From sequence record NC_005066.1: 64,000 nucleotides of DNA, one strand, 5' to 3'. The translations under genes and the position numbers were made by a program. This stretch comes from Escherichia phage RB49. Below are positions 43,256-52,848 of the stretch, piece after piece (position 1 is the stretch's first letter; each line of letters opens with the position of its first letter). The notes under the pieces are model-generated. The model was given only the letters and a program-made list of their open reading frames with translations. It had not been told where the DNA came from and made no database searches.

Positions 43256-44985
43256 ATGACGCATTAACATCATTTCGCGGGATGCGCAAGGAAGCGGAAG
43301 AAAACCCGATTGATAAACTTAACAAATTAGATAAACTTGATTCTATTGATAATTTGCAAGCCGCTACCGAATTGGTGGCAGAGACAGTAGAACAAAAATC
43401 TAATGAAGTTGTTGGTGCGGTAGAGGATAACACCGCAGCCAATGAATTGACGGCCGAGAATACCCAATCTACCGCTGGCAATACCCAAAAAACTTATGAA
43501 GAATTGCAAAAACTCAATAATTTCTCTTCTCAGATGAATGAGAAATTACGTGGTTTTGGTGTTATGATGGAACGTAGATTTGGTGTTGTCAGTAAAATGG
43601 CTAGCGGTATTGGTGCGATTGAAGAAGCACTGAAAAAACCGGAACAACCGCAAACAATGCCATCACCTCAGCCATTTTTGCCTACTGTACCGGAACAGCC
43701 TAATAATGACAACTATCAAGGTCTTCCAAAGAAAAAACCGGATGTTGATGACCGAAAGAAAAAGAACGCCACAGATAAGCGTAATGCTGATTCTATGGAA
43801 AATCTTCTTAAAGTTGTTCGTGGAGGATTTAAAGAAACCATAGGTATCTCTAATAAGGTCTTAGGGATGTTATTTAAGATCACTTTGACCGCTATGGCAG
43901 AAGCCGCAAAATGGGGTGCTATTTTGATGGGTATTGTTTTTGTCATTGATACCCTGATGGTTCATTTCAGATATTGGAGTGATTTATTCGAAACAAAATT
44001 CAAGGAATTTATGGATAAGGCCGGAGGATGGGCTGGTCCTATTAGCGATATTTTAACTACTGTTCGTCAGGTTCGAGATTATTGGTCTAAAGGAGAATAT
44101 AAAGAATTAATTAAATCTCTGGTTATGGGTATTGGTGATGCGTTCTATAAAACCTTTATCCAACTTGATCGAATTATCACTACTGGTATTGCTAAAATTC
44201 TTCGCATGATCCCTGGTATGGGTGATTATGCCGATAATTTAGAATACGGTGCTTTAAAGTCTGCTGTTGCTAAAGGCTATAAGCCAAATGAAAGAGAACT
44301 CGAATTAATGGATAAGGTCGAGTCTGAACACGAAGAAGACAAATATGGAGAGCGCACAGGATGGACAGGAAAAGCCCGTGATATTGGCGAGGCCATAGGC
44401 GAATCTATTAAAGATAAATTTAATGAAGGTCTTGTTAGTCTGGGCTGGAGAGATCAAAAGGATGTTGACGCAGAGAAACGACAAGAAGAATTAAAACGCG
44501 GGGAATACAAGTCTGTTTCTGCTGAACAACGATCTGCTAGTCGTAAACTTAAAATTAAAAGCGAGGGAGCGATCAATAATATTAATGAAGTTATGGAGAA
44601 TTTGAGCGGTGACTATGACAAAGAAAGAATGGAAGAGTTGAAAAAGGATATTGATGTTTACCGTGAACAAGTTCAAGATCCTACATTAGTTGAAAGTGAT
44701 CGTTCTCAGTTAGAGCGTCTTATTGAAAAATTTGATGAGATGTATGCTGATAAAACTAATGGTGTGGTTCCAACTAACCCTGTTCCTGCAACTGAAACGG
44801 AAACAGCAAAACAAGCGGAACGTACTGAACAAATGCAGAAACAAGCTGCAATCCAGCAACAAACGACAAATCAGACCTCAAACGTAAATAATACACAAAT
44901 TGTAACAAACAATAGAACTATTAAACAGGGTGCACCAACAACTAGAATTGATGCCCCTGGTACAATTAATATGGGGAACTTTTAA
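43252..44985 (+). CDS. 29: baseplate hub/tail length tape-measure protein gp29
   Basis: 577 aa; synteny and size. Confidence 0.85.
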   Translation: MNDALTSFRGMRKEAEENPIDKLNKLDKLDSIDNLQAATELVAETVEQKSNEVVGAVEDNTAANELTAENTQSTAGNTQKTYEELQKLNNFSSQMNEKLRGFGVMMERRFGVVSKMASGIGAIEEALKKPEQPQTMPSPQPFLPTVPEQPNNDNYQGLPKKKPDVDDRKKKNATDKRNADSMENLLKVVRGGFKETIGISNKVLGMLFKITLTAMAEAAKWGAILMGIVFVIDTLMVHFRYWSDLFETKFKEFMDKAGGWAGPISDILTTVRQVRDYWSKGEYKELIKSLVMGIGDAFYKTFIQLDRIITTGIAKILRMIPGMGDYADNLEYGALKSAVAKGYKPNERELELMDKVESEHEEDKYGERTGWTGKARDIGEAIGESIKDKFNEGLVSLGWRDQKDVDAEKRQEELKRGEYKSVSAEQRSASRKLKIKSEGAINNINEVMENLSGDYDKERMEELKKDIDVYREQVQDPTLVESDRSQLERLIEKFDEMYADKTNGVVPTNPVPATETETAKQAERTEQMQKQAAIQQQTTNQTSNVNNTQIVTNNRTIKQGAPTTRIDAPGTINMGNF

Positions 44986-46043
44986 TGAAAATTAGTGTTA
45001 TCAATGATGCCGTTGATAGCTTTAAAGCGGGGGTTAAAACCTCCGCTGGTTTTACCTCAAAAAATAAAGGGAAAACATTAACCGCTCAATTCCCCGCTGA
45101 ACGTGCTAGCGGTAATGATGCTAGCGGTTATTATATCAACGACTTATATAATAATGGTCTGTTATTCACTGCATACGATTATACATCTCGTACTACCGGA
45201 TCGTTGCGTGATTTCAGGAAAAAGAAAAATGTTGCTAGCGGTTTTGGTGGTAGCGTTAATATCGCTGGTTTTGATTTAAATTTGGGTGGGAGAAATGCTG
45301 CATTTGACCGAGAGGCAATTGCTAATATTCTTCTTCCTCGTAGTCAATCTGACGTTGACGCTGCCAGCCATAAGTTTAATGATGTTGGTGAATCTGTTAT
45401 TTCTCGCGGCGGTGGTACTTTAGGCGGTGCTCTTTCTAATATGGCATCTACTGCCGTTTTTGGTGGTATCGAAAGTATTACTGGTGGATACCTTGCCGAT
45501 CACGGTGAACAGATTTATAATACTGCGCGAAGCATGTATGCGGGTGCTGACGCACGAACGAAAAACTACGTATGGCATCTAACCCCACGTAGTATTGAAG
45601 ACCTTCGCAATATTCTGATCATATACGAAACGTTTTTAGAATTGTCTTATGGTTCTAGTGGTATTTCCAGCACCGCAAAAGAATTAAAAGCGGAAGTTGA
45701 TGCGTGGTATAAAAATACACTATTGAGAAAATCCACTCCAGAGGAAGCGAAGAGAAATGATACTCTGTTTGAAGGGATCACCGATTTTCTATCAAACGTA
45801 ATTACTGTATCTAACCCGACAATATGGATGATCTCTAACTTCGGCAAGCGTACATCGTTTGAAGGGCGTAGCGATGCATTTGGTCCCGCTCAGATCTCAA
45901 GTGTACGTCTGGACAAGTCGCCTGATGGTAAGTTTAATGGCCTTGCTATTTCTCCTAACTTGCCGAGTACCTTTGTTCTGGAAGTAACATTTAGAGAGAT
46001 CTTGACACTTTCCCGTGGTACTATATTTGGGAGTGCGGCATAA
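44985..46043 (+). CDS. 48: baseplate tail tube cap gp48
   Basis: 352 aa; synteny. Confidence 0.85.
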   Translation: MKISVINDAVDSFKAGVKTSAGFTSKNKGKTLTAQFPAERASGNDASGYYINDLYNNGLLFTAYDYTSRTTGSLRDFRKKKNVASGFGGSVNIAGFDLNLGGRNAAFDREAIANILLPRSQSDVDAASHKFNDVGESVISRGGGTLGGALSNMASTAVFGGIESITGGYLADHGEQIYNTARSMYAGADARTKNYVWHLTPRSIEDLRNILIIYETFLELSYGSSGISSTAKELKAEVDAWYKNTLLRKSTPEEAKRNDTLFEGITDFLSNVITVSNPTIWMISNFGKRTSFEGRSDAFGPAQISSVRLDKSPDGKFNGLAISPNLPSTFVLEVTFREILTLSRGTIFGSAA

Positions 46044-46975
46044 TGTTTGATTTAAATGACTTTAACGAACAAGCCGCTAACCTTGACTTTCAGCGATCGA
46101 ACTTATTCAGTGTGGCATTTGCCACCACTCCAAGTAATAAGACACAAGCGATCCTAGAAAGTATGGGTGGTGCGGTATATGATATTATACCAAATGCATT
46201 AAATGACTATTTCGGGATTACTCGTGGTGATTATACTGACGCATTAACAAATCTTGCTGTACAGGGTGTTAGGCGTGCTGTTGATTCATCTGGTGTCAAA
46301 AAGTATCTTTTAGGTGCAATGTCATCCCGCGTAGTTCAATCTCTTCTGGGGCAATTTGATGTTGGTACGTATGCGCTTGACTGGTTCAATATGGCATATA
46401 AGACAAGCGGTCTTCTGGTGTATGCTGTTAAGGTTCCAGAAAACAGATTGAATTATGAAATGGACCGTAACCACAATGCGCCAAACATTCGAATTACCGG
46501 ACGTGATTTTGATCCGCTTGTATTGAGCTTTAGAATGGACTCTAGCGCATCAAACTATAGAGCAATGCAGGATTGGGTTAACTCAGTAGAAGACCCCGTT
46601 ACAGGGCTTCGTGCGCTTCCTGTTGACGTTGAAGCAGATATTCAGGTCAACTTACATAACCGAATGGGAGTTCCTCACACGATCATGATGTTTAATGGTT
46701 GTGTTCCTGTTGGTGTGAGTGCACCGGAATTAAACTATGAAAACAACAACGAAATCACAACATTCGATGTTACTTTTGCGTATAGGACTATGCAAACTGG
46801 TGCTGTAGGAGAGCAAGCCGCGCGAGAATGGATTGAGGATAAGGCAATAAACGCAATAACAAACACTTTCGGTAATAATTTACTTGATAGTGGGTTATCT
46901 GCTGCTGGTAATGCTTTATCGCGTCTAAATGGCGTTGGTGGGCGTGTGGTGAATACTGTTACTAACTGGTTCTGA
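46043..46975 (+). CDS. 54: baseplate tail tube initiator gp54
   Basis: 310 aa; gp19/gp54-like tube fold motifs; synteny. Confidence 0.85.
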   Translation: MFDLNDFNEQAANLDFQRSNLFSVAFATTPSNKTQAILESMGGAVYDIIPNALNDYFGITRGDYTDALTNLAVQGVRRAVDSSGVKKYLLGAMSSRVVQSLLGQFDVGTYALDWFNMAYKTSGLLVYAVKVPENRLNYEMDRNHNAPNIRITGRDFDPLVLSFRMDSSASNYRAMQDWVNSVEDPVTGLRALPVDVEADIQVNLHNRMGVPHTIMMFNGCVPVGVSAPELNYENNNEITTFDVTFAYRTMQTGAVGEQAAREWIEDKAINAITNTFGNNLLDSGLSAAGNALSRLNGVGGRVVNTVTNWF

Positions 46976-46984
46976 TAAGCGAAA

Positions 46985-47008
46985 GGCGGGGATAATCCCC
47001 GCCTTTTT
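46985..47008 (+). terminator. intrinsic terminator after gene 54
   Basis: hairpin GGCGGGGA-TAA-TCCCCGCC followed by TTTTT. Confidence 0.7.
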
Positions 47009-47492
47009 ATTTTGCTAAATCATTGCAATATTTTAGTGCCTTAGTTTGAAATTCTGCGCTGTTAAGTTCTTCATAACGGTCATAATCACCGTTTAATGCT
47101 GCCTTTCTTGCTTCTTGCTCTATCTGCATGTCAGACATGATAATACAGCGATCCCGCGCTTTCATCTTCTCAAGTTGTATAGACTCTTCTTTCTGCTTGC
47201 GCAATTCTTCTTGACGCTTCTTTTCTTCTTGTGCTTTCTCTTCCCGCGCTTCTTTGATTGCATCCTTGAACATCTGCGTTTGTGGTGCTAAACCAACTTT
47301 AACTCGATCTACGTCTCGACGTTCCATTTTAGAAATAAAGCATGATTCGATCTGATCATCACTTGCATATGCTGCTTTACATTCACGAAGCAAGAAAACC
47401 GGATCTGATTTAGCATTCATCATAGCTTCCATGTTGGCACAACCAGTAAGCATGAATACAGCCGCAAGACCAATCAGTTTAATCATTTTCAT
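47007..47492 (-). CDS. putative lipoprotein (signal peptide with LTGC lipobox, charged coiled-coil body)
   Basis: N-terminus MKMIKLIGLAAVFMLTGC; stop overlaps start of upstream ART gene. Confidence 0.6.
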   Translation of the reverse strand: MKMIKLIGLAAVFMLTGCANMEAMMNAKSDPVFLLRECKAAYASDDQIESCFISKMERRDVDRVKVGLAPQTQMFKDAIKEAREEKAQEEKKRQEELRKQKEESIQLEKMKARDRCIIMSDMQIEQEARKAALNGDYDRYEELNSAEFQTKALKYCNDLAK

Positions 47493-48313
47493 TTAGTCAC
47501 CTCACCGAAAATTGTAAATTGTCTACGATTCTCATCGCCGAAAGATTCTACTACGTCGTTTACCTTGACGCAAGTCCCGCGCGGTAAAATTACTTCACAT
47601 TCGCAAGGGTTCCATGCAATGGACCCAACAACAAAACCTTTATGATCTTTTACGTCAATTACCCATGATACATTACAAGAATGTTGCATCTTTCCGGTCA
47701 TTGATTCATATCGATTCTCACAATAAAGGCTAGTGCTGTTTGATAGCCATCCTCCAAAGATGATCGGTGTCATGCTGGTTGACACAAAGTTTTTAAAGGT
47801 AAATTCCTTATCTTCAATAATACGCTCTATTGTCTGAATGTCAAGATGTTGACCGCGATAAAGAGTACCGTTTAACTTTTCGGTTTTATCCATGACGCAA
47901 TCCATCAAATCAACAATCTCTGATATCTCATCGGTCATGTCTTCTTCCCCTAAGAGAGCACCATTTACCCATTCGTATTGCTCAGACACATAATCACAGA
48001 TTGCATTATATTCTGCTGGTGTTATGTTGTTATGTTTGTAATGTTTGAATACATTATCTCCAAAGTCTTCGGAGTGTACTTCATACATCACATTAATGAT
48101 TTTCTTGACAAATCCATAATCTTGTGTCTCACGCTCAAGGAAGCGGATAACCTTCACATAATCATCAAAGTTAATCTGATCGCTGATCATCTCAGTGATC
48201 ATGTAACCATTAATCCCCTCAATGTCATATGTTTCAATATAATTGTCCATACGTTCCATCATTGATTCGCGTGATTCTTCCGAAAGACGAAAATCCTGTA
48301 ATTTCTTGAACAT
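47489..48313 (-). CDS. ADP-ribosyltransferase, Alt-like short paralog
   Basis: R-S-E triad motifs LYRG, FVSTS, ECEVILPRG colinear with those of the 683 aa Alt; GGGAGG RBS. Confidence 0.7.
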   Translation of the reverse strand: MFKKLQDFRLSEESRESMMERMDNYIETYDIEGINGYMITEMISDQINFDDYVKVIRFLERETQDYGFVKKIINVMYEVHSEDFGDNVFKHYKHNNITPAEYNAICDYVSEQYEWVNGALLGEEDMTDEISEIVDLMDCVMDKTEKLNGTLYRGQHLDIQTIERIIEDKEFTFKNFVSTSMTPIIFGGWLSNSTSLYCENRYESMTGKMQHSCNVSWVIDVKDHKGFVVGSIAWNPCECEVILPRGTCVKVNDVVESFGDENRRQFTIFGEVTK

Positions 48314-48337
48314 TTTAAACCTCCCATATAACAGAAA

Positions 48338-48365
48338 ACGGGGCTAGTATAAAACTAGTCCCCGT
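48338..48365 (-). terminator. hairpin between alt and the Alt-like gene (minus strand)
   Basis: 10 bp bulged stem ACGGGGCTAG/CTAGTCCCCGT, U-rich tail on minus strand. Confidence 0.4.
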
Positions 48366-48390
48366 TTGAGTCAACCATTATTTCTTAAAA

Positions 48391-50442
48391 TTACATTTTA
48401 AATTTATCTGGCATTGCGTCTACAGATACCAGATCAGCGATAAGCTGACGTAGAGTTGCCTTATCTGCTTTCTTACGTTCGGTTTTAGCTTCGCTAATGA
48501 AGCTGGAGAAAGACAGGTCAGAAGCAGGTTTAACAACACCTTCACGGATGAATGCATCACCGTCCGCGATCATCTCGCCAGATTCTTGTAATGCTGCCAG
48601 TTCATTTTTGTTCATAATATGTGCCTCAATGTAATAAGTTTCTTGTGAATCCGTCGATGCCGTAGCACGAGTTACCGTATCAAAGGATAACACAACACCG
48701 CGAGGAAGTAAAATCTCGCATTCTTTGTAAGCAAATGCTTTGTTACCTACTGGCAAGACAGGGATGTTTTCCGCGCCAGCAATGGAGAAAGCAACATTGG
48801 CGCCACCTTCACCGCGAGAGCCAGCCATAGAATCAACACCAGCAACGGCACTAGCCACGTTTGCATTCCAGCCGCCAAAAATGTTAGGTGCAAGGGAAGT
48901 GCTCACATAGTTTTTAAAGTAAAACGCTTTTTGCTTACGTGCAGTTTCCCACATTTGCGACCGGAAGTCCATACCACGATACAGAATAGTACCCGGATCA
49001 AGTTTAACGCCATAGTTGGAGAAGGCATTATCCAGTGCATCGCACATCTTGACCAATTCTTCTGGATCTGATATGCCTTCAAACTCTTCCAGCTTGCGGT
49101 CGGTTAGGAAGTTGTTCATATTGATGTATGCTGCATCGGCATATTCGCTCAACACAAAACCTTCCGCGCCTGGCAGATCAAGATCAATATCTGCCATCAT
49201 TTCACCCATGTTGCTAGCAATTGCTTCAAACATACCGGAAGCAACATTACGTAGGGCATCGGTTTTAATCTGGGTGATATGACTACGCAGCATTTCAGCT
49301 TTTACATCTGCTGGCATAGACTGGTCTACTCGATCCATTGCCAGGGCGGTGATCTTGTTTTCGAATACTTCCTCGCTCATGATTTCTTTTAAGCGTTTGA
49401 CCGAGGCTGCGATAACTTCCGCAGACAACGGATCATATTGATCCTGAACTTTTACCAGTTCGCTTACTGCGTATTTTGCATCGGCTTCGCTTTCAAAAAT
49501 AGTACGCATGAAACCATAGCGAGTGATAATATCACTTGTCCAGTCATTCAGAGAACGGGCGGTTGAACGTTCTAAGGCTTGACGGTCAATCAGAGTATTA
49601 AACTGTTTCTTAGGTTCGGCTTCGGTGATATCTTCTTCCGGTTTAAGATTAATTTTTTCTGGATGATTCACATAGTCGCTGTTATAGGTCGCTTGAGTTT
49701 TCAGCATTTCTTCTTTAGTCAAACGAGATTTAGCCGCTACGCGTTGTTCTGCTTCCGCGTTTCGTTCTTCTTCTGACACAAGACTAGCCGCATACGCTTC
49801 ATCTTTAGTCAGAGATTCACCAGTAGCCTTAGATACCCAGCGATCACCTAAATCACTTTCTACTTTAGTGAACAAGGATTCATCAAGTTTAATCCCTTTA
49901 ATCTTATCAATCGCCATCCCGCGACGCTTGACAACAACTAAAGCGATCTTTTTGCTGGTCATTACTTCCTGCTGGAATACTTCAAACTTCGGTGTACGAC
50001 GCACCAAACGCTCTATAACGCGCTTAACCAGTTCGGTCTTACCTTTCATGCGGGATACGTTAAAACGGAACATAACAGCGTCTAATTGCGATTTACGGGC
50101 TGTTTCCATAACCACATCAAAAGCACTTGCCATGACTGCAATCGGGTTATCGCCTAGACCATTTTTAAGCTGTACAATACGACCGCTTTTGTTCATTTCG
50201 CACAGTACAACATGTGCGGTCTTGTCACCCATACGAATGATTTTAGGTGTTTTGTTGGTGAAGTTACAAAGACGGACAATCACATCTTTATCGCGTGTCT
50301 GTACTGCAAAAAGCTGTTTAGGATTCTGCTTAGGCTTTAAGCACTGTACCGGAGCAATACTGCCAAAGTTTTCTTCCTCTTCCGTCAACAGCCATTTCTC
50401 GAAAGATTCAATCATTAGATCGTCGATTTCTAAGTTAAACAT
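48391..50442 (-). CDS. alt: Alt ADP-ribosyltransferase (packaged host-takeover enzyme)
   Basis: 683 aa (T4 Alt 682 aa); motifs ILYRG, YVSTS, KECEILLPRG; position next to gene 54. Confidence 0.85.
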   Translation of the reverse strand: MFNLEIDDLMIESFEKWLLTEEEENFGSIAPVQCLKPKQNPKQLFAVQTRDKDVIVRLCNFTNKTPKIIRMGDKTAHVVLCEMNKSGRIVQLKNGLGDNPIAVMASAFDVVMETARKSQLDAVMFRFNVSRMKGKTELVKRVIERLVRRTPKFEVFQQEVMTSKKIALVVVKRRGMAIDKIKGIKLDESLFTKVESDLGDRWVSKATGESLTKDEAYAASLVSEEERNAEAEQRVAAKSRLTKEEMLKTQATYNSDYVNHPEKINLKPEEDITEAEPKKQFNTLIDRQALERSTARSLNDWTSDIITRYGFMRTIFESEADAKYAVSELVKVQDQYDPLSAEVIAASVKRLKEIMSEEVFENKITALAMDRVDQSMPADVKAEMLRSHITQIKTDALRNVASGMFEAIASNMGEMMADIDLDLPGAEGFVLSEYADAAYINMNNFLTDRKLEEFEGISDPEELVKMCDALDNAFSNYGVKLDPGTILYRGMDFRSQMWETARKQKAFYFKNYVSTSLAPNIFGGWNANVASAVAGVDSMAGSRGEGGANVAFSIAGAENIPVLPVGNKAFAYKECEILLPRGVVLSFDTVTRATASTDSQETYYIEAHIMNKNELAALQESGEMIADGDAFIREGVVKPASDLSFSSFISEAKTERKKADKATLRQLIADLVSVDAMPDKFKM

Positions 50443-50477
50443 TTTATATCCTCTAGTTGATAACCTATAAACCTATA

Positions 50478-50504
50478 TTTATGAAAAGGGGGCTTAACGC
50501 CCCC
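50478..50504 (-). terminator. intrinsic terminator (minus strand)
   Basis: hairpin GGGGGC-GTTAA-GCCCCC then TTTT on minus strand. Confidence 0.6.
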
Positions 50505-50508
50505 TTTA

Positions 50509-50721
50509 TTATAATGCACCATCGAGCAATTGCTCTAAGGTGTATCCTGAATAGTCTTTTTCAATCAGGGTATATTTTCCTACTCGTTTAATCCAGCCAC
50601 GCATTTCAACGTATTCTGCGTAGTTGATGGTGCGAGTTGTTCCATCTTCTAGCAAAGCAGTACCGATTTCGTTAATGCGGTCATAAGTTACGTCGGTAAT
50701 GATGATTTCGATGTTAGCCAT
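50509..50721 (-). CDS. hypothetical early protein (70 aa)
   Basis: ATG follows promoter cassette and AAGGAG RBS. Confidence 0.6.
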   Translation of the reverse strand: MANIEIIITDVTYDRINEIGTALLEDGTTRTINYAEYVEMRGWIKRVGKYTLIEKDYSGYTLEQLLDGAL

Positions 50722-50757
50722 TTGATACTCCTTAGTAGTTCGTTTCGGTATGGGTGT

Positions 50758-50786
50758 ATTATGATATACACCCTCTGTTATGTCAA
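50758..50786 (-). promoter_or_regulatory. early promoter cassette A (TTGACA-17-CATAAT)
   Basis: minus-strand -35 at 50786-50781, -10 at 50763-50758; -10 sits in loop of GGGTGTAT/ATACACCC hairpin. Confidence 0.65.
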
Positions 50787-50792
50787 CAACTT

Positions 50793-50972
50793 TTAGAACA
50801 TTTTTGAAATTAATTCTGCTTTGATTTCGCAGAGAACATCTAAAGATTTCTCGTCACCTGCTTTTGCGGCTTCTGTTTGCATTTTTGAAATGGCTTCAAT
50901 GTCAGTGCAATTATAAGCCGCTTGAACTTTAGCGATTGCGATGATTGCCGATTCGATGGTTAAGTGTTTCAT
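50793..50972 (-). CDS. hypothetical early protein (59 aa)
   Basis: ATG after cassette B with AGGAGA RBS; below ORF-track cutoff. Confidence 0.45.
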   Translation of the reverse strand: MKHLTIESAIIAIAKVQAAYNCTDIEAISKMQTEAAKAGDEKSLDVLCEIKAELISKMF

Positions 50973-51004
50973 GTTTGATTCTCCTTTCGTTTCGGTATGG
51001 GTGC

Positions 51005-51033
51005 ATTATAGGGGATCGGTGACCCCCTGTCAA
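51005..51033 (-). promoter_or_regulatory. early promoter cassette B (TTGACA-17-TATAAT)
   Basis: consensus hexamers; spacer is GC-rich near-palindrome. Confidence 0.7.
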
Positions 51034-51040
51034 CAACTTT

Positions 51041-51559
51041 TTAGTTATTTTTTAATTGTTCATCTTGCAATAATGCAATCACATGCTGGCGATGTTCTTC
51101 CGATTGAGACACACCGAAAAAGTTTGTTTTGTAGAAATACTCTAATCGGTCTTCTCGTGTGCTCTCTTCCATCATGATCGCGGGTAGTCCGAGATTTCGG
51201 AAACGTCGCTTTTCTGCTGGCGTAAAATCACTGTAATACAACATAGAATCATCATTACAAGCAATGCTAAACTCATCCTTCATAAAGGAGAATATTGCGT
51301 TTAAACGCTGTTTACCGTCCACGATTTCGATCTCATAGCGAGAGCCATCATCAATCTTAGCCATTGCGATAGCACCAACCGGAAAATCATTAATCAGGTT
51401 TTCGATAAACATACGTTTGTTTTCGGTGTCCCATACTAAAGGACGCTGATAATCTGGGTTCATGTTGATATAGCCATCTTCTAACCATGCTTCATAAACA
51501 GAGATAACAAAGTTTTTAGTATTGGTATAGTAACGGCGTTTAGGCGTTAAACGGTTCAT
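51041..51559 (-). CDS. DUF262-like (ParB/GmrSD N-terminal domain-like) protein
   Basis: motifs NPDYQRPLVW and IVDGKQRL; start placed at Met 51559 with AGGAGA RBS (ORF track extends to 51595). Confidence 0.6.
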   Translation of the reverse strand: MNRLTPKRRYYTNTKNFVISVYEAWLEDGYINMNPDYQRPLVWDTENKRMFIENLINDFPVGAIAMAKIDDGSRYEIEIVDGKQRLNAIFSFMKDEFSIACNDDSMLYYSDFTPAEKRRFRNLGLPAIMMEESTREDRLEYFYKTNFFGVSQSEEHRQHVIALLQDEQLKNN

Positions 51560-51560
51560 G

Positions 51561-51890
51561 TTATAGTCTCCTGAATGGATCATCACGTAAATCAATATCT
51601 TTTAAGAACTCATCCCATGAATGGCGGATATTGTTCTTAATTCTCCAGATAAGAGCAGGGATTGAACGCTCTCCCATCTGGAAGTATGGATCATATGATC
51701 CGTATGCCCAATATGCTACTACAATTCCACAATCAGCGCAATAGTATTCTATTTCACTTGCTGGCGACCAAAGTCCATCAATATGATCGGTGATCTTGCT
51801 TTCGATGTTATGGCTATGACAATCAGGGCAACGGATGCAATGACCTTGTTTATCGTAATTTGACGTTAGCGAATACTTAAACAATCTCAT
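51561..51890 (-). CDS. zinc-ribbon protein
   Basis: CIRCPDCHSH ... YYCADCG cysteine pairs; 109 aa. Confidence 0.55.
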   Translation of the reverse strand: MRLFKYSLTSNYDKQGHCIRCPDCHSHNIESKITDHIDGLWSPASEIEYYCADCGIVVAYWAYGSYDPYFQMGERSIPALIWRIKNNIRHSWDEFLKDIDLRDDPFRRL

Positions 51891-52606
51891 TATAGATCCT
51901 TATTTGCTTCAAATACTGCCTTTGCGAATCCTCGCGGGGTAAGTGACCTGATAGTCTTTGTTTTCGTTCCTTTCCCGCCTAGCTTAGAATGCTGTTTACT
52001 GTACCCTTTATTAATCTGCAAAGGTTTCTTTTCTGGCATTATAAAGCCTTGTCCGGTCCATAAGCAAGTCTTTTTCGGGTACATATCACGGGCGGCAATA
52101 TACTCAGGAAAAGTAGGATGTTTATCATCTTCCGGCAAATAACCGCCATATTCCCACGGATGGAACATATAATCAGGCTTACGCCACATGCTAGAGATAA
52201 CGCTTACAGGATTCTCTATCATGTAGGGAACTCCTATCCATTCACCCAAATAAGCGGTTATTTTAGCTGCCCTTACATCATGAACTTGAATCAATGGTCC
52301 TTGTTCTAGTTTCTTTCGTTCAAAGTGCGCAGCGCCACTAACAGCTAAATTGGTGCACGGTGGGAATGCAAAGATAATATCCGGTTTCCCCCATTCAAGG
52401 TCCATTGCTCTTTCCAGCCAGTTCAAATCAATCCAGGTGTTTACATAGGTAATGTTTGGATGTTCAAATCTGGTATTATATTTTTTGTATGTACCGTGGT
52501 CGCCATCGTCAGCATTAAAGCAGATCACCTTATGACCCGCTTTAGCCCATTCTAACCCCATTATCCCCGACCCGTCAAAGTTGCAGAATATTAATTTTTG
52601 TTTCAT
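51890..52606 (-). CDS. C5-pyrimidine methyltransferase-like protein lacking a target-recognition domain
   Basis: motif I-like FDGSGIMGLEWAKAG, PC motif FAFPPCTNLAVSG, ENV-like YMIENPVSV; only 238 aa. Confidence 0.45.
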   Translation of the reverse strand: MKQKLIFCNFDGSGIMGLEWAKAGHKVICFNADDGDHGTYKKYNTRFEHPNITYVNTWIDLNWLERAMDLEWGKPDIIFAFPPCTNLAVSGAAHFERKKLEQGPLIQVHDVRAAKITAYLGEWIGVPYMIENPVSVISSMWRKPDYMFHPWEYGGYLPEDDKHPTFPEYIAARDMYPKKTCLWTGQGFIMPEKKPLQINKGYSKQHSKLGGKGTKTKTIRSLTPRGFAKAVFEANKDL

Positions 52607-52848
52607 ATACGCCCCTTTAATCCAACACAGATTTTAGAAGGTTCTTTGCCGTGCCACATTAAGTAAAGTCCGTTAATGCGGCCTTGTTTTGTATATGATT
52701 CTTTTCTGATCTTCTTATAGTGTCGTGTTTCCTCTACCGATTGTTTAGAATACCAATCATAAAGGAAGAGGAACAAAGGCCAACCATTAGCAACCTTAAT
52801 GCAGTTATTCAAAAATTCCTTATTTCGTTTAATTAATTTTCTTTTCAC
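52603..52848 (-). CDS. hypothetical protein (81 aa)
   Basis: start overlaps upstream stop; operonic. Confidence 0.5.
   Translation of the reverse strand: MKRKLIKRNKEFLNNCIKVANGWPLFLFLYDWYSKQSVEETRHYKKIRKESYTKQGRINGLYLMWHGKEPSKICVGLKGRI

Noticed and set aside
50941-51177. 78 aa plus-strand ORF
   Set aside because: Spans promoter cassette B and the 3' end of the DUF262-like gene on the opposite strand.
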